The position numbers and the translations under genes were made by a program. Under the pieces are notes generated by a model that saw only the letters and a program-made list of their open reading frames with translations, made no database searches and was not told the origin of the DNA. From contig NW_019091355.1 of the NCBI RefSeq assembly GCF_001949145.1, positions 5,033,518 through 5,097,517 on the forward strand: a stretch of 64,000 bases of DNA. Direction: 5' to 3'. Of this stretch, positions 1 through 14,700 are shown piece by piece; position 1 is the first letter of the stretch; every line of letters starts with the position of its first letter. This DNA is from Acanthaster planci (taxonomy: Eukaryota).

Positions 1-2765
1 GGGTCCATATACTGGGAGCAGCAGCAAGGGATGTGCAACCCATGCAGTTACTAACGAAAGATTTGCTACTTGTAGCACCAGCTCACCTGTTTATGGCACA
101 GAGCAAGTGTGGGTAGCTATTTTTCATCAGAATGCGCACAAATGTCTCCACAAAGTGTGCAGATAGAGGCTAATTCCCCAGAGCTAAGCCCAGAAACTAG
201 ATAAGTTCCCAGAAAACATTTGCTTATGAAAAGCTGGGCATCAGCTTAAATGTCACATGATGCATGCATATTGCTTGTAACTGGCTCTCATTTGACTTTT
301 GCTCAGTATGTAGCCTAAATCTGTTCCATTAAATTACCGTAAGCCCAGAGCACATCCAAGGGTTTTTCACACTTCCTGTTGTTAATGAACACGTAGGGGA
401 TTTTCCAATTTCTGCATACAAGCCTTTAAGTACACATGCCAGCCTATGCCTACTCCACATAAACATTTGGGCCTCTGCTTGACTATCCTTTTTGCAATAC
501 TGACAAACGAGGGACAAAATTGGTGAAGTTGGCAATTGAAAAAAAAAAAACGACTTGAAAACAGGTACATTCCTGGATTTTTTTACAACACACAAGCAGA
601 GTTTCCAAGTAGTCTTAATTTTGCCGGTCCAAGCCAAAGCATGAATTCTGATACGAAAGGGACAAACAAAAGTGATGAAAAGGGAAACGAGTATTGGATT
701 CAATCAACGGAATGAACAAAAAAGGGCTCCATAGCAGGAGAAATTCATTCTGTTACTCCTGCACTTACTTTTAAAGTCGTCAGTTGGCCGGACAAAAAAT
801 GATTTCACAAGTAAGATTAATGTCCTTAAGCAGTGAAAACTACACCTGTCTGCAACATGATCTCCCCCACCATTGTCACAGCCATCATTATGCAACAGAG
901 AAATGAAAGCACTTGTGAACTGTAATGACAGTTCACACGAGTTAACTCAGAGTGCGTTGGCGGGGTCAGCCCACCTGGCCACACACTCACGCATGTTCGT
1001 CAAGATTATGTAAATTACGCACGCATTGATGATTCTGCCCTGGCAAAGATTGCTGCACCATATGGAGCATTCTTCACACTTCAAAAGGGTGCAGGGAATC
1101 ATATAAATGCAAAATACATACACAGGGTCCTCCATGGTGGCAGGTACCACCCTGCATTCAGATGCACGGGGGGCTGTCGTAACTGTACACCGAGTCAATC
1201 CAATCATGGTCCGTGTTCCAATGAACAACGGGTAGCAACCAGCCAACTGTCACTGCATGCAACAGCAACAACCATCCTCATCAATTCAGTCAGCCATATA
1301 CACATTACTCACCAGAATACGTCCTGCTAACCACTGGTAGCATAACAAAGGGAAATTCATCCTGCAAATCACCCAACAATCTGATCTGTGTATTCAAGTT
1401 CAAGGAAGAAACTGCCTACCCATTTTTACATGATACATGATACATTTTTACATGAGGTTTCAAGTGCTAACGTGCTACATACATGTACGCACAGAATTTC
1501 TACTAAAACTGGTAATGTTAACAGTTCAAGTTAGCCATGACATAGTGTCACCATCGTCAAACTGACTCAACAATGGCAAGGAACAAATCCTTGACTCTTT
1601 TTCCAGGATGAGTGGTGTTCCTTTGTAATGCTACATGTGACATACTGACCTTGGTAAATACAAGAAGGATGCAGTGAGGTGTTTACACTTTGAACATTAG
1701 CCTTCGACAAAAATTTAGGATGAGATGACAGATGCTCAAACGGATTAAATAAAGATGGAGAAATGCATCACTGCAATCACGGTGAAGAAATAGCACCATT
1801 CGCCGCCGGTGAAATTAATTATCATCTGTGCTGGCATCTCTGATACAAGTCTAGGAGCATCCCCTTTCAAAATGGCATGTCATCTCCGATCTTCAACTAC
1901 AAGTTATTCAATTATGATGATGACGACTACCAAAGATACATGTACCCCTACGTACCATGTGGTCCGGCTCCCCGTCCTTCTTGCATCCCTGGCTGTGCTG
2001 ACAACACTGGCAGTAGCACAGTACGCAGTCCACTCCATTGGGACTCTGGTGACTTGGATAGTCTGGCATCCACCATCTCAGATGTACCCGAGCCATCGCC
2101 CCTACCTCAATCAATTAAAAAGCTTCACAGACATACACACCCTGCACTGCTCAGGAGGGGCACACTGTTGCCATATCCTGTCTAATCAGCTTGTTAGTGC
2201 ATAGAGCTGTCAAGTATATCTGCAGCACAAGTATTAAAAAATATATTCCTCAGAGGTGCTCAACTTATCATCGACATCTCAGAGCTACTATAGTAACTGC
2301 CTCACAAATTCTGTCAGGCACCCACGTAGGAGAGATGATGAAGATATTTATAAATAGTCAGTTTACAGGATGGTTGTTTGCGAGGTGGGTTGACTTGTGC
2401 TGTGGGCCGGAGGAGTTGGGTCTTATTATGAGGCCTCATGCTGTCAGCTGATTGCCATTCCAGGCATGTTTGGGGCTCCAGGCTTGCTGGCTCACTCTAC
2501 GTCCCGTCCCGTACCATCCGCGTTCTCTTCTTCCTTTCTCAGCTCGAGGTTAACTAATAATTCCTGGAAGCTATTCCTATCCCAGGGGGGTGGCAGGGGA
2601 GGGGGGTCACTGGGAGAACAAACAGGCAGATTGGATTTGGCACCTCTGCTCACAGTGCCAGGCAGGAATTACTAGTATAGTAATGAGTTTCTCGGTGGCT
2701 GTTTCATGTGCAAGTTCTCAGAATTCTTTTGAAAAGTCGTATTGACCGGGCAAATTAAAAACTGA

Positions 2766-2777
2766 CTACCAAGAAGA
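2766..2777 (-). CDS. Unknown gene candidate terminal exon (SSW*), followed by a putative 3' UTR
   Basis: ~50-nt pyrimidine-rich tract ending ttcttctccctcag; phase 0 reads TCT TCT TGG TAG; no convincing donor nearby. Confidence 0.5.
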   Translation of the reverse strand, partial: SSW

Positions 2778-5700
2778 CTGAGGGAGAAGAAAAAAGTGTA
2801 AAGGGGAGTATAAAGTAAAAGTAATATAAAATGAAGCTACATGTATTCTAACAGACACTGCATTTTCTTCATACTTTCATTATATCAACATCAATTCATG
2901 TAAAATGATTTTCAAAAACAATTTTACTACTGCTATTAAGGTAAAATGCTGAAATATTATATTTTCTCGACTACCGTTATCCTGTTTTTTACTTTGACAA
3001 TGCATCACTTTAAATATCTAAAGAACTGAGAACAAACAGCCTACATAGTCACACTACTGAAAATATTGGAAAATATTACAAACGGGGAAAAAACCAACAT
3101 GTTGATGTCTCGCAAGCCTTGTCAGCACCTTGTAATCAGCCTTGTCGTCAGTGTTCAAGTTTTACTCCAAAACTGAGGATAAAATTATATGCTTTACACA
3201 ATTTTTGTGTGGTGACGTCTTCCTTCAGAGTGTCAAGAGTCTGAGAAATTCCTTGCATTAAATCCCTTCATCTTCCCTACAGATTCAGAACAGCCAAACA
3301 GATTTTTTTTTTTGTTTCAATGCCGGTTTTAGTTAGGCAGAGAGATACATGGAGCTGTCATTAATTGTGGCCGTGGCAATATCAGAGGAGCTGCTGCTCT
3401 GTGATTGGTCACTGGGTTCTCAGCACGCACGTCCACTGTCAACTGGAGTCTGGCTGGGCCAAGTAAAAAGATAATGATGATGATGGTGACGGTGATGAAG
3501 AGTCCCCGTGGACGCTGCCTGGCAAACAGCCCCAAGACGTTGTTTCAAAGGCAACAGACCCACAGAGCCTCCCGATTTAAAAAGGTTGCATTTGGATGGC
3601 AACAATCTTGTCTTCTCCTTTTTTTAACCAAGTTTCATCATTAGTCAATGATGGAGATAAGTCTTCCGGCAATGCAATTTACTGGGATACCAAAATCGCT
3701 AGTAGTACGTTTTTCACCATTCCTTGTGAGATTAGACGTTAGAGACACCGATTGACACATTAGGCAGAAATATCCTCAATTCAGCACCACACCCTTCTAC
3801 ATGTATTTCACAGCGAGTGACCCCTACTTTAAAGACATGTTTGCATTTTACAACTGCTCATGTATATATTTCTACAGTTGTTTCCTCTTCCTGAAATGAA
3901 TCCCATTTCATTGTTGCTGCGTCAAAAAATGTTTGGATTAAAGTTTAAGACAACAAAGTGCGTATCTAAGGGAAAACAGAATTTAGCACCAACCTGATTT
4001 GCATTTTGATTGTGCCTTATTGACATACTATGTCCAACCGTACTTGTCCCTAATCCTCAGTGACCGTGACATATGCTCATCTGTCCAAGCTGCTAATAAA
4101 CCAGGAGAAATAAATCATCACCAATGACAAATTCTCTATTTACATTTCTGACGAGTACAAGATGCTTAGCATAGTTGAATCATCTCACTAAAGCCTCGGC
4201 CAACAGGGCAGAGAATACAGAGAGTGGGGGGGGGACTTGAGGAAAAAAAACCAAAAGAGAAATTTGCAATCTGTTGTAATCTTATCCCTGATGAAGCAAG
4301 CGCTCCATTGACCACAAACGTACCCCAAGGTAACGGAAAATGAGGCAGCTGATGTCGCATCTCTCAACCTTCCAGAGAGATTCCTACGGTCATTACACTT
4401 ATCCCTCGTCATAGCCACAATCGCTCTTCCTTTCTCGGCAGCCGAGCTCAAAATAGACCGCAGATGGCCAATCCAAAATATCTCCTTGGACGTAAACAGC
4501 CTGGGAAGAAGCCTAACGACGTGATCTCCTTTGGGCTGGTGATGTCACTTTTTTCGGCATGGTGGTTTTCAGTGTGTTGGCTTGAGAGAAATGATCCACA
4601 AGTTAAGCCACATGGTTCCCTGGAAGCATGCCCATACTTTCGTGAAGCTGGTTTCAATACACCTTGGGAATAAATACCAAACAGAGCAGCAAAGAAAAAC
4701 ACTGGAGTGGCATTCCTTTTTTCAATACATTGTATCGCATAAGTATTTATATTACATTCCTTATCTCGTTCATTACATGCATAAATCTGATTTTGCAGAC
4801 TGAAGGAAAACTTCATCTTTTCAAAGACAGACAAAACAGTATGTGTGATTAAATCAATACAAATCAAACAGCATTACATGGAGACAAAAAGCAGAAACTA
4901 ACCATGCATACACCACAGTGTACAATTTATTTTAAGAGCCAGACTGTTCCCAGGAATATCAAGCAAACATTCAGTTTAACAAGCGCAACCTGCTTTGAGT
5001 TTCATGGAAAAAATTACTGAACTATTACAGTGCTTTGTGAACATACATATTTTAATTTAATTCAATTTAATAGGGGTACTGGTTCCTACCTCCATGGTAA
5101 GGCCTACTGAACTTGGTATAATGAGCAAGCTGCCCAGCAAGAACTATCCTCAAGGCAACAATCTTTCATCCATATACTCTATTTTGACAACCCAACTACA
5201 ACCTGCCCGAGGTCACCAAACATGCTGTTGCCATGGAGACTGACCACATCAAAGGCATTCCTGCTCAGTTAACAGGAAGCTGATAAATGTCACCCACTTG
5301 GGGAGGGGGGTTCAAGCTCTTGAAGTGTCCAGACACTAAGTCAGTGCTCTAGGAACACCAAAGTCCAATTTAAACATGAGGGGGGGAGAACCACCCAACC
5401 CTCACCCTCCCATGAGTGCCCTTGTCATTTCCCAAGAGCCTTCTCAACATCATCACACTGTTCTAAAAATCTAAGGGAGGAGTTGAAATTTCATGACAGA
5501 TGTATCCTGTTTTCCCTTCACCATTTTTTTTTAAAGTTTCCTCAATATTTCTTCCAAATATCAGTGAATTCTGAAAAAAAAATTGCTATTTTACTTTCAA
5601 TCCCAAAGAGAATTTTAATTTGCATAAATATGTATCATTCAACAAAAGAAAACACTCTCAAGCTTGAAAACATTATTTTTCCCAAAAGGATAAAATAAAA

Positions 5701-8700
5701 TGCCAAATTTGTCTTTCATTTGATGAAGTAGTAGAAAGACTTAAATATTCAAAGCTAGTTCATACTTCCTAAGATCTGATACAGGTGTCTAGAAGAGGTG
5801 TGAGAAAATGCTGCCTTCCTGTACCGCCCCTTTAACATTCCAACCACAAAATATCAAAACCAACCTTTTTTAGGGAGATTTTAGCACGATTACTCATGCT
5901 TCCCTGACCAAAACCCAACATCTCACAAAGTTCCTGGTGGAGCAAATACTTTACATAGTCTGCAAAGCACAGACAACAGGAATGGATGTCTGACTTGGCT
6001 GACCATGACTCAGCATGTACAAATCCTGGAATCAGATACCACCCAGCAAGCTCATGCACCTGTGAAACCTGGGCCCTGTAGTGGGGTAGTGACTGCCTGG
6101 CAAGGGTGCAAGCTGCCTACCAGAGAGGTAAACAGGGTTATAAATTATACCAGGAGGGCTGTCTTCCAAAAACTCCAAGTTATCCCACCAAAGTGCTGAT
6201 TCATACTTACACATATTGAACTTCCTCTTACATTTTGCCACGTGGTAGTGTTACTGCTGAAATCATTTAAATTACTGTTTGTCAATAACTAATCAGTTTG
6301 AAAACCATTTAAGGCCAATGAATTACCCTATTTACATATGTTAAAGAAAAGAAAACACTAAAAGCAAATTTTAAACACATTTATCAGAAGCCCTGGTGGG
6401 GGGATGCTTTTTGGAATTTTCCTCAATTTATGAAGATTTTTTTCTCTCAATTTTTGAAAGATTTGCTGAATTGTTTATTATTTATTAAAACTTGATTGCA
6501 TATTTCTTTCAAAACACCTGCTAAAGAAAGTTCTCTTTTGGAGTGAAGAAGGGAGGGGAAAACACCACACAGTCCCCAGCTGAAAAGATCAATTCCATTG
6601 TACATCGGACACTGTACAGAAGGTACAAGATACAAAATGCAGTCATTCCATATTGATAATGACTCACTCCAGGCAGCCAGCATTTGTCAAATTGAAAACC
6701 AGAGACCTAAGATTTTTTTACATCCACAGTGTCGCAGGAGGAACTCAATGACTTAATATTCCTCATGATCAGATGATCAGCGTTCTTGTGACAACAGACT
6801 GTTAAAATAACTCCTGACGACATCACACTAAATCTTGCTTGTGTCCCTGAGACTACACAATGTAAATGAAAAATTGTAGGGTTTTTGTTGCCTTTCCAAT
6901 ATATTTCAGCAGATTTACATGTACTCATCAGTACTTTTGATTCTCCATACATTTACACCAAAATAATTTCATTTCATCTCCACCCCAGACTGCACCACTG
7001 AACACCTTTAGTTACCCCCATACAATTAAAGTTTTATTGTTCGGGTATTTCATTGTATTGATCTTACATTGTTTTGAAGCATCACAGTAAAATGAGGTAG
7101 ACAGGGTCACTTGCATTTTATTGATGTACATGTACCCTCAAATGACTGAAGTAAGTTTTACAAGCTCTCAACTTTATGAGATATTTGTGTATATTAGGCT
7201 AGTGAAAATACAGTGTAATGCAGCCCCATTTAATTAAATCATTATTTAGTGTTGAGTCAAACCAACAACTTGAAAAAATACCCTCTTTATTCTGGATGTT
7301 GACACATAATGGCCAATCAGCATCTGTAGGTTTTGCACTAGCTCTGTTCATATTTGTGGAGTGATGTTCTGCACAGACAAGCATGCAAATGCGTGTATCA
7401 TGGACAAGGATTCTAAGACATCTAAACTGTTTGTTTGCTACTTCTGTAGTGCTTGCATACAGCCAGGCCATATAAATGTAGCGGAGAAATTACAGAAAGC
7501 TAGTGTGCAAAATCATATTGGACTCGGAAGATTTAGCACCATTGGGGTCAATGTACTGGTCATTCTGTCATAGCAATGAAAGTAAGACGGACAAAAAAGG
7601 ACAGATGTAGTAGCACCTCCCCACCACCGCGGGGGGAAAAAAAAATGTGTTATCTCTGGCAGACGAGTAACGAACAGGAAACAACAAGTGATTGGTCACA
7701 AAGCCAAAACCGAACTACCTGGGCAGTGGTCAAGCAGTCTTGACCAGTTCTTGACCGTAAACCGAAAGATGATCACTGACCAGATCCTCCCACACTCCGA
7801 TGTCAATGACCCGGTAGAAGGAAGGAGACCAATAGGTGTCTGGCGGTCAGGGTTCAATTACTGGGTTCAATTAGGTGGAAAGTAAACAGGCTGTTGTGAC
7901 AAGTGATACTGGAGAAAAGGGAAGGGGCATTGCTTGGCGCTTATTAGGTACCTGTACATGTACCAGTGGTGTGTCCAGGTTGAGGGTGGGTGGGGGAGAA
8001 AAAAATGGGTACATTTTTCTTGACAATTACTGTGCATTTTTTTAATCCATGAAGCAATCATCACCACCACTCCACCCCCAAAAAGAAAGCAAGACAGGTG
8101 GTAGTAGTTCTGAAGACTTTCAATTCCTAAAAAGAAAAAGGATCAGAGGCAAAGTCTACACCTACACTGTTTTTCTGCCATACACTTCACAGGATTTTTT
8201 TAAAGCAAAATAAAAATCCCAGTGCAGTATTCCACACCAAAGAGTCTATTTAGAGCAAAGAAATGTCTATGGGTACTTGTTTCACTTCACTTTTCTGTAT
8301 GTCACGTTATTAAATTAACAAAAGGTGTTATCACGAACACAGAGGACTGCACGATGGTGCAGTGGTGCTGATGTAAAATTACACCAGAAACAGATTTAAT
8401 AATATGCAGGCTGCTTTGCTGAGCTTTTGTACAATTCCCAAAAGCGTCAACTTCATGAGGAAATCTTTATATGGGTCCAAGGTGAGACACACAGACCAAA
8501 ATTGACATCTGTTTTCCTGACCTGGCCAGCTTATTTATTTTCCACAACACATGAAGTTCACACAGACAAAAGAATGGTGTATGGAACCACTTTCCATTTA
8601 CATGTAGCTGAGATGGCATGCTTGACATGGATGTAGGAAGGGGGGCCCCAGGGGGCCAGTGGCCCCCCCCAAAAAAATATAGTAGGGGGGCCGGGCCCCC

Positions 8701-11700
8701 CTTATAGAGTTCTATAATTTGCATTCTCAGAGGGGAAGTTTTTGAGTGGATAGTTTTTGTAGCAGTGTGTGATAATTTTACTTAGATCACATTGGAAATT
8801 GGAAATTTTAATATTCACTTTCAATCAGGATCTTTCAATTCCTGCCCCTTCCGTGCCCAGTAACAACGACGAGTCCCACGGCATTTCACGCAGTACGCAA
8901 ACAAGCCGCATCACAGGCTGTGTTAATGTCCAAAAGAGGTTTCCAGAGCTCACGGCACAGTCTATTTTCTCGGTGACTCCACGTATTTCCAATGGAGCAA
9001 AGCCACAGACCTAACTCTAATTAAACAACAGATTAAGGCAAAGTAAGATCGTGTTCAGTATGACTGCTCATTTTGGGGCTTTCCTCAAGTAAATAAAAGT
9101 TTTACTGGAACATATCCCCATACTATTTTAAACTTAAAGATTTAAAGCTCGTGCATGGCATCAAGTTTGTGATGTCATCTGAGGCAAAGCTTTAACATCG
9201 CAGCTGGTTTGTGCACAAAAATTAAAGGATGCTTTTCTTAATAGGAAAACTCCACTAATGAGTGTTCAGACTTTCCAATACTGATTTTAAGGTGACCGTC
9301 ATCATCCCCATCGGCAAATGTGGGTTCTTGAGTTTATGTTTCATGCGTCCGTGAGACACTCTTCCTCTTACAAGTTTACCAAACATCACCGTCATAATGT
9401 GCAGTTTAAGATATGTCATTTTTGAAAATTTAATTATTACATCAGATCTTACAATAATCAACTTATCTTTTTTTAACCTATCAAACATGGATTTGAAAGG
9501 CTGAAATTTCAACATACCGATTGCTCAAATGATATTTCAGTGAGGTTTATGCATCGTGCAGTACAGAGCACAAAACCTTACACAAACTTGCCGACCCCAC
9601 ACCATACAGGTTTCACGCTACATGCTCACAATCACATGCATTGGACTCCTCACAAAGATACATGTATTTCATTATCTGGTCCCCCCCAGTAGAATCACAC
9701 GTGCCTGCTTGAGACACAAAGTTTCGTCAAGACTATTTCAATTCTTATGCCATAACAAGTCCAGAGGAAACACATACCACTTGTAACAATGCATAACTGT
9801 CAATGAAGTACTAAAACTCGCCGAAATGCCTTCTGAAATCTACCTTTTCAGCAGAAGTTGCAATGTGATGCTGTCTTGAAAAATTATTGCAGTTGGTAAA
9901 ATTTAAATTGTAGTTTCCCTTGTAAAAAAAAAAATGGGACACACAAAGTTACAGTGCATACTTGATATTGATTAAGAAAGTGTTATATGTACAAAGTAAC
10001 TTGCTGTAACACAATTGTGAATGGAGAATAGTTGATACATGTACTAAGTCTGTTTCGCATCAACACCACACATTTTAGAGCCTAGCAAATTTCAAATCTA
10101 GGAAGTTTTGTCCCACTTAGTTCTCAAAATGATGGGTCTGACCACATGCTTTTTTTGACTTCAATCTTTTTCAAAATAGTAAATCAGTAGCTTTTTCTGA
10201 AAGTGAAAACTGTGGTTAATGAAGTCATACTGAAAAAAAAAAATTGCGGCCTTGCAGTTTTAACAATCTCTTCAAAGTGCACACTCGTGGGTATTTCCTA
10301 GTTGAACTGCTTAAACAAGGAATGACCCATGGATGCAACTGATGTCAGAGATTCACGTAAGCAGAGCCAGTATGATGCAAATGACCTGTATAAAAGATGA
10401 GCCCACTGAGAACCCACCCTCGCCAGGGGGGTAGAACACTGTTGGCTTGAATGTCACCCGAGGTCTGTGCATTTGCAGCGGGACGTGAGCGTTTGTTCAG
10501 GAGTAAACCAACACATGTTCCTGCACTTTTGAAGGTACTCACAAGCAATGATGCACCCATACTCCTCGTTCAAAAATGCACTCTCTCCAGAGAAGTTAAT
10601 GAGGATTTTACCCCAAGATGTCAATTGTCATTTGTTACTTTCTGTACCTCAGAAATCAAAACAATATGGCGTCTGGCTGACTAGCACCTCCCGAATGCAG
10701 ATATTGAAAAATGGAAAGAATCACCAATACAATCCTGAAATGCACAGATAACCAAATCCCTTGATCTTCTCTGGCCGGCCTGTGCATGTACACATGTACA
10801 AAAAACAACATCTTTGTCTAGCGATGATCCAAGCCTTTTTCAGCAAGCTTCACTTACCTTTTTGCTGTCATCTTTGGGTGTTTTCTCCTTGGTGAGTGTT
10901 CCAAATATGCTTGGCTGAAAAAAAGAAAAAGGCACAGGCCAATGTACGTTATGATAGTGTGGTTAAAGAAAGTAAGAAAACGTTACATGTACTGACAAGA
11001 GAATCAAGTGATCTTCTCTGTCAGCCCGGGATTTCTTGGCAAGTTGAAGAAAGGATCCAAACTATGAGTTTTTATGACCTGCCTTCAAGGACCTGGACTT
11101 CAGTGGAGCTCTGGTGATGAGAAGCCTTAACATGGAACGAGACTGAATCACAAGTTATTTAAAACGAAAGTAAATGGATGTAACCTGGGGGCTAACTTGG
11201 TCAGGAAGTGCACTCATTTAAAAGAGCATTCGATTCTGACTCAAATTTACTTTGAAAGAATGTAAGCGCACACACACACGATCGTCAAAGCCCATTCAGT
11301 AACGGATGCTTGCATCTTCGTGTCAAGCATGTACATGCGATTTTGAATGAACTGCTTACATTCAAATGAAGTCTTGTCTGCTTCGTTGGGCTTGTGGGAG
11401 ATAACTATGATGTGTGCATACTGCAAGTACATGCAAATGTGTTTATTTGGCAATCGTGGACGTTCCTATTGTCCTCTTTTGTTCATACTTCAACTTTTTT
11501 GGAAGGCGTACATGTTTGGCAATCGTGGACGTATCGGTCATTAATTCTTTTGTTTAACGTCCACGATTGTTTGGGAACATCAGTGCATGTATATTCCTAA
11601 AAATCAGGAAAATATGAATGTTGATCATCTAGAAATCATTTGTCTATACACATACGCACACAAGGGCAGATCAAGAACCATTTTTTTTTGAGGAGGGGAG

Positions 11701-14700
11701 GCAAAATTATGGGGGGACCTAAAAAATTTGAATTATTATGTAACCTTTTATGGCCCTTCTGAGGGTGAGGCTGCATTCTGTGGATTTTCACATGCTTTTG
11801 GAAGGAAGGACAATGAAAGATATGAACGTATCAAGTTTCATTGTTTCTTAAAAGAGGTCGACTTGGGGGGGGCCTTGCATGCTCAGATCCCATGCTTGCC
11901 TGGCAAGCACAAATTGCTTTGCTAAGCTGATCGTGAAAAAAAAAACTCCATGCTAATAACAGAGCCATCATATTAGGCTCCACTGTCTGGCTCCATCCTG
12001 CAAAGGCTTCCCTACATTTCTTGTGGCTTTGGGATAATCACTGGTAGCTAACCTTGAGTGGAAAACCATACACACGAATGTAAACTTCATTTCAAGTCTA
12101 TACTAACCCTCACCATGCCAATGCAAACAGACCTGAAAGCCTGATTCCCTTCAGTGCATATCGTCATCATTATCACAAACCGAAACAAAAATATTAAGTG
12201 TAGACACTGCATGAAAACTGTATAATAAAATATTTTCCTTTTGCGAACTGGGCACGTGGGTGTGCGTTTACACCGCAAACACCGACGCATACCGGTAACA
12301 CTAACAGAATGGTTTGACTTTCACTAACTTGACACACAAGAACGTGACAGACCTTTCAAAAAAAGATACTTTAAATTATTTGACAACAATTTACTCCACC
12401 CATAAAGATGTTATAAAGATGATTAAACCAAAAGCCATTTAACTTGCGAATTTTGGGAAAAAGCTTCACTTGGTGAAAACGAGAAAACAAAAATAGATTG
12501 AGTGCACACATTCAGTGCATGCATACAGTTCATGGAAACTAGAATTACGCGGATCTACAGATTTTGTTAGGGAGGAATGACACTCGACACTGGAGTAACC
12601 ATTGAGTGTCTGTTCATAGAGTCAGCAATGGATACGTGTATGTTTGTCCACAGCAATCCCTACCACAGTACAGGCCATCATGAAGCTCCTGCCAAAATCA
12701 CAGGACTATACATTCTTTCAGAGCCAGACGCCATCCCAGTCAAGCATCCTGCATACATATATATATATATATGGGCACAACTGTAATGTATACACACCAT
12801 TCCCCTGGTTTTGTGCCCTCCATTTGCAAGAGTCAGGCACACCACATGAGCCTGACATGATTTAAAAAAAATAAAATATTAAAAACTTGGCCATAACCCT
12901 GGTATTCCTGAAGCTCAGTATTCTCCAACATGTACATGTACCTTTGGCAATTCTCCAATTCCAAACAGATTTGCACGTATCAAGAGCTTCTCCGGTAAAC
13001 CGTTGCTTCCATGGACACCAGTGATTTTCCTGACTGGACCGTTCTTTGGTGCCAAGACCACATCATGGAGGAGAGAGTACGCCATTCTTACATTCTAACA
13101 TTTGGTCATCATCAGACACTCGCCTGCAATTATCTAATGTAACTGATCTCCAACCCAGAACGATATTTGACTTTTTGGTATATCAATAGCTTCCTGGTGC
13201 AGGTTAGTGCCGTCAATGACCACATGCCAATTTGGTTTTTTGATAAAAGTGAAATTAAAACTGATCAATAATACAATCCTAAACAACTCTTGACATCTAG
13301 GCTGAAAACTTAAATGCAAACCCCACCAGATGGTCAAACCTTTCTGTCAAACCTTGTTTCTTCTTGACAGAAAATGTACCAAACTTTATCCAAATTTGGT
13401 TGCATTTCTTTTGACAACAGCATGCATGTATTGAATTTCTTTCTCTTATTTTCATAGGCTACAAGTGATATAACTGATATATACAAAGCTGCACTAAGTA
13501 CATGTATGCCAAAAAAAACTTGTTATCGCTAGTTGACAAGAGATCATAAGAGCATCTCTTAATGTTTCCATCAATGGCCTGTCATCTATGAATAAAGACT
13601 ACATGTAGATGTCATTCACTTGAGCAGTGGTAAAATGAAAGACCACATGTTGCTTGGACATAATCCATGCCAAATTAATATACATGTAGATTAACAATGC
13701 AGGCTTCACAAATGAAAAAAAAGTAAAAGCAAGTGGTAGTACACTCAATAATGGGTTCCAAATGATATGTTTCCCGAGAAAAGATTTTTTTTAAAAAGAA
13801 CTTTTCGTGACCTACGGGCACTGTGTCTACCTTGTGAATATGCTACAAACAGTGTTACTTGAAAAACTGATAATTTATTGATGGTGCTGCCACTTCACAC
13901 ATCATCTCCAAAGGAACTGCTGCGGAAACAAATAGTCCTTTCCAACAGGAAGGTGTCGCACTTTCCATCGTAAAATGTCTAGATCAAATGTAGCATTTGT
14001 GGATGGTCCCAGTCCCTAATTATGCACGACCCACTTCCAAAGGCAAAGCTTCCTCTTTGGTTTGACTGCGTGCAATTGGAGAATGCACCTGCAGACCGAA
14101 GTTTTTCTCCAACTCAGATGACCATGGCAACAGTTGTTATGTATGGATCATTCTATAAATTTGGGCTTCACTTGTTTTTTTTTTATAATGTCCATGTTAG
14201 ATCAGTTGAACAATTCTGTGAGTTTAGGACACATTCTTTGATTTCCAAGAGTGATTAAGCACCCGAAACGCAAATTACCTGACAAACAAATAACAACAGT
14301 TGGAAGGCAATTTCAATGATATTTCCAGGTCAAAGGTCGGGTGTAACAGGAACCTAAAACATCACATTTTTGGACCTCAGATTGACAGAATGACCCGTCC
14401 AATGATCGCATCATTATCATGCAGTTTTGGTAAGAGAAAGTGTCAACTACATGTACATGTCAGTTACCTAATAGTAATGGATACTTTCAATCTTTCAATA
14501 ATTGGTTTCAGTCAAACACACATTTTATTTTTCTAACAATGGCCATGCATTACTGGCTCATCTAATGTACAATCATGTTGACATGGCATGATTAAAAAAA
14601 GGTTTTTCCAGAATTTTAACACTGTTTTAAGAAAGGCCAATAAACCGAAAGTAATTCATAAAATGCCTACAGTATATCAACTTGATATTTAAACCACCCA

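Noticed and set aside
14270..14300. AG|GT recursive-splice-like site on the minus strand
   Set aside because: It is the internal sequence of a MITE family 1 copy
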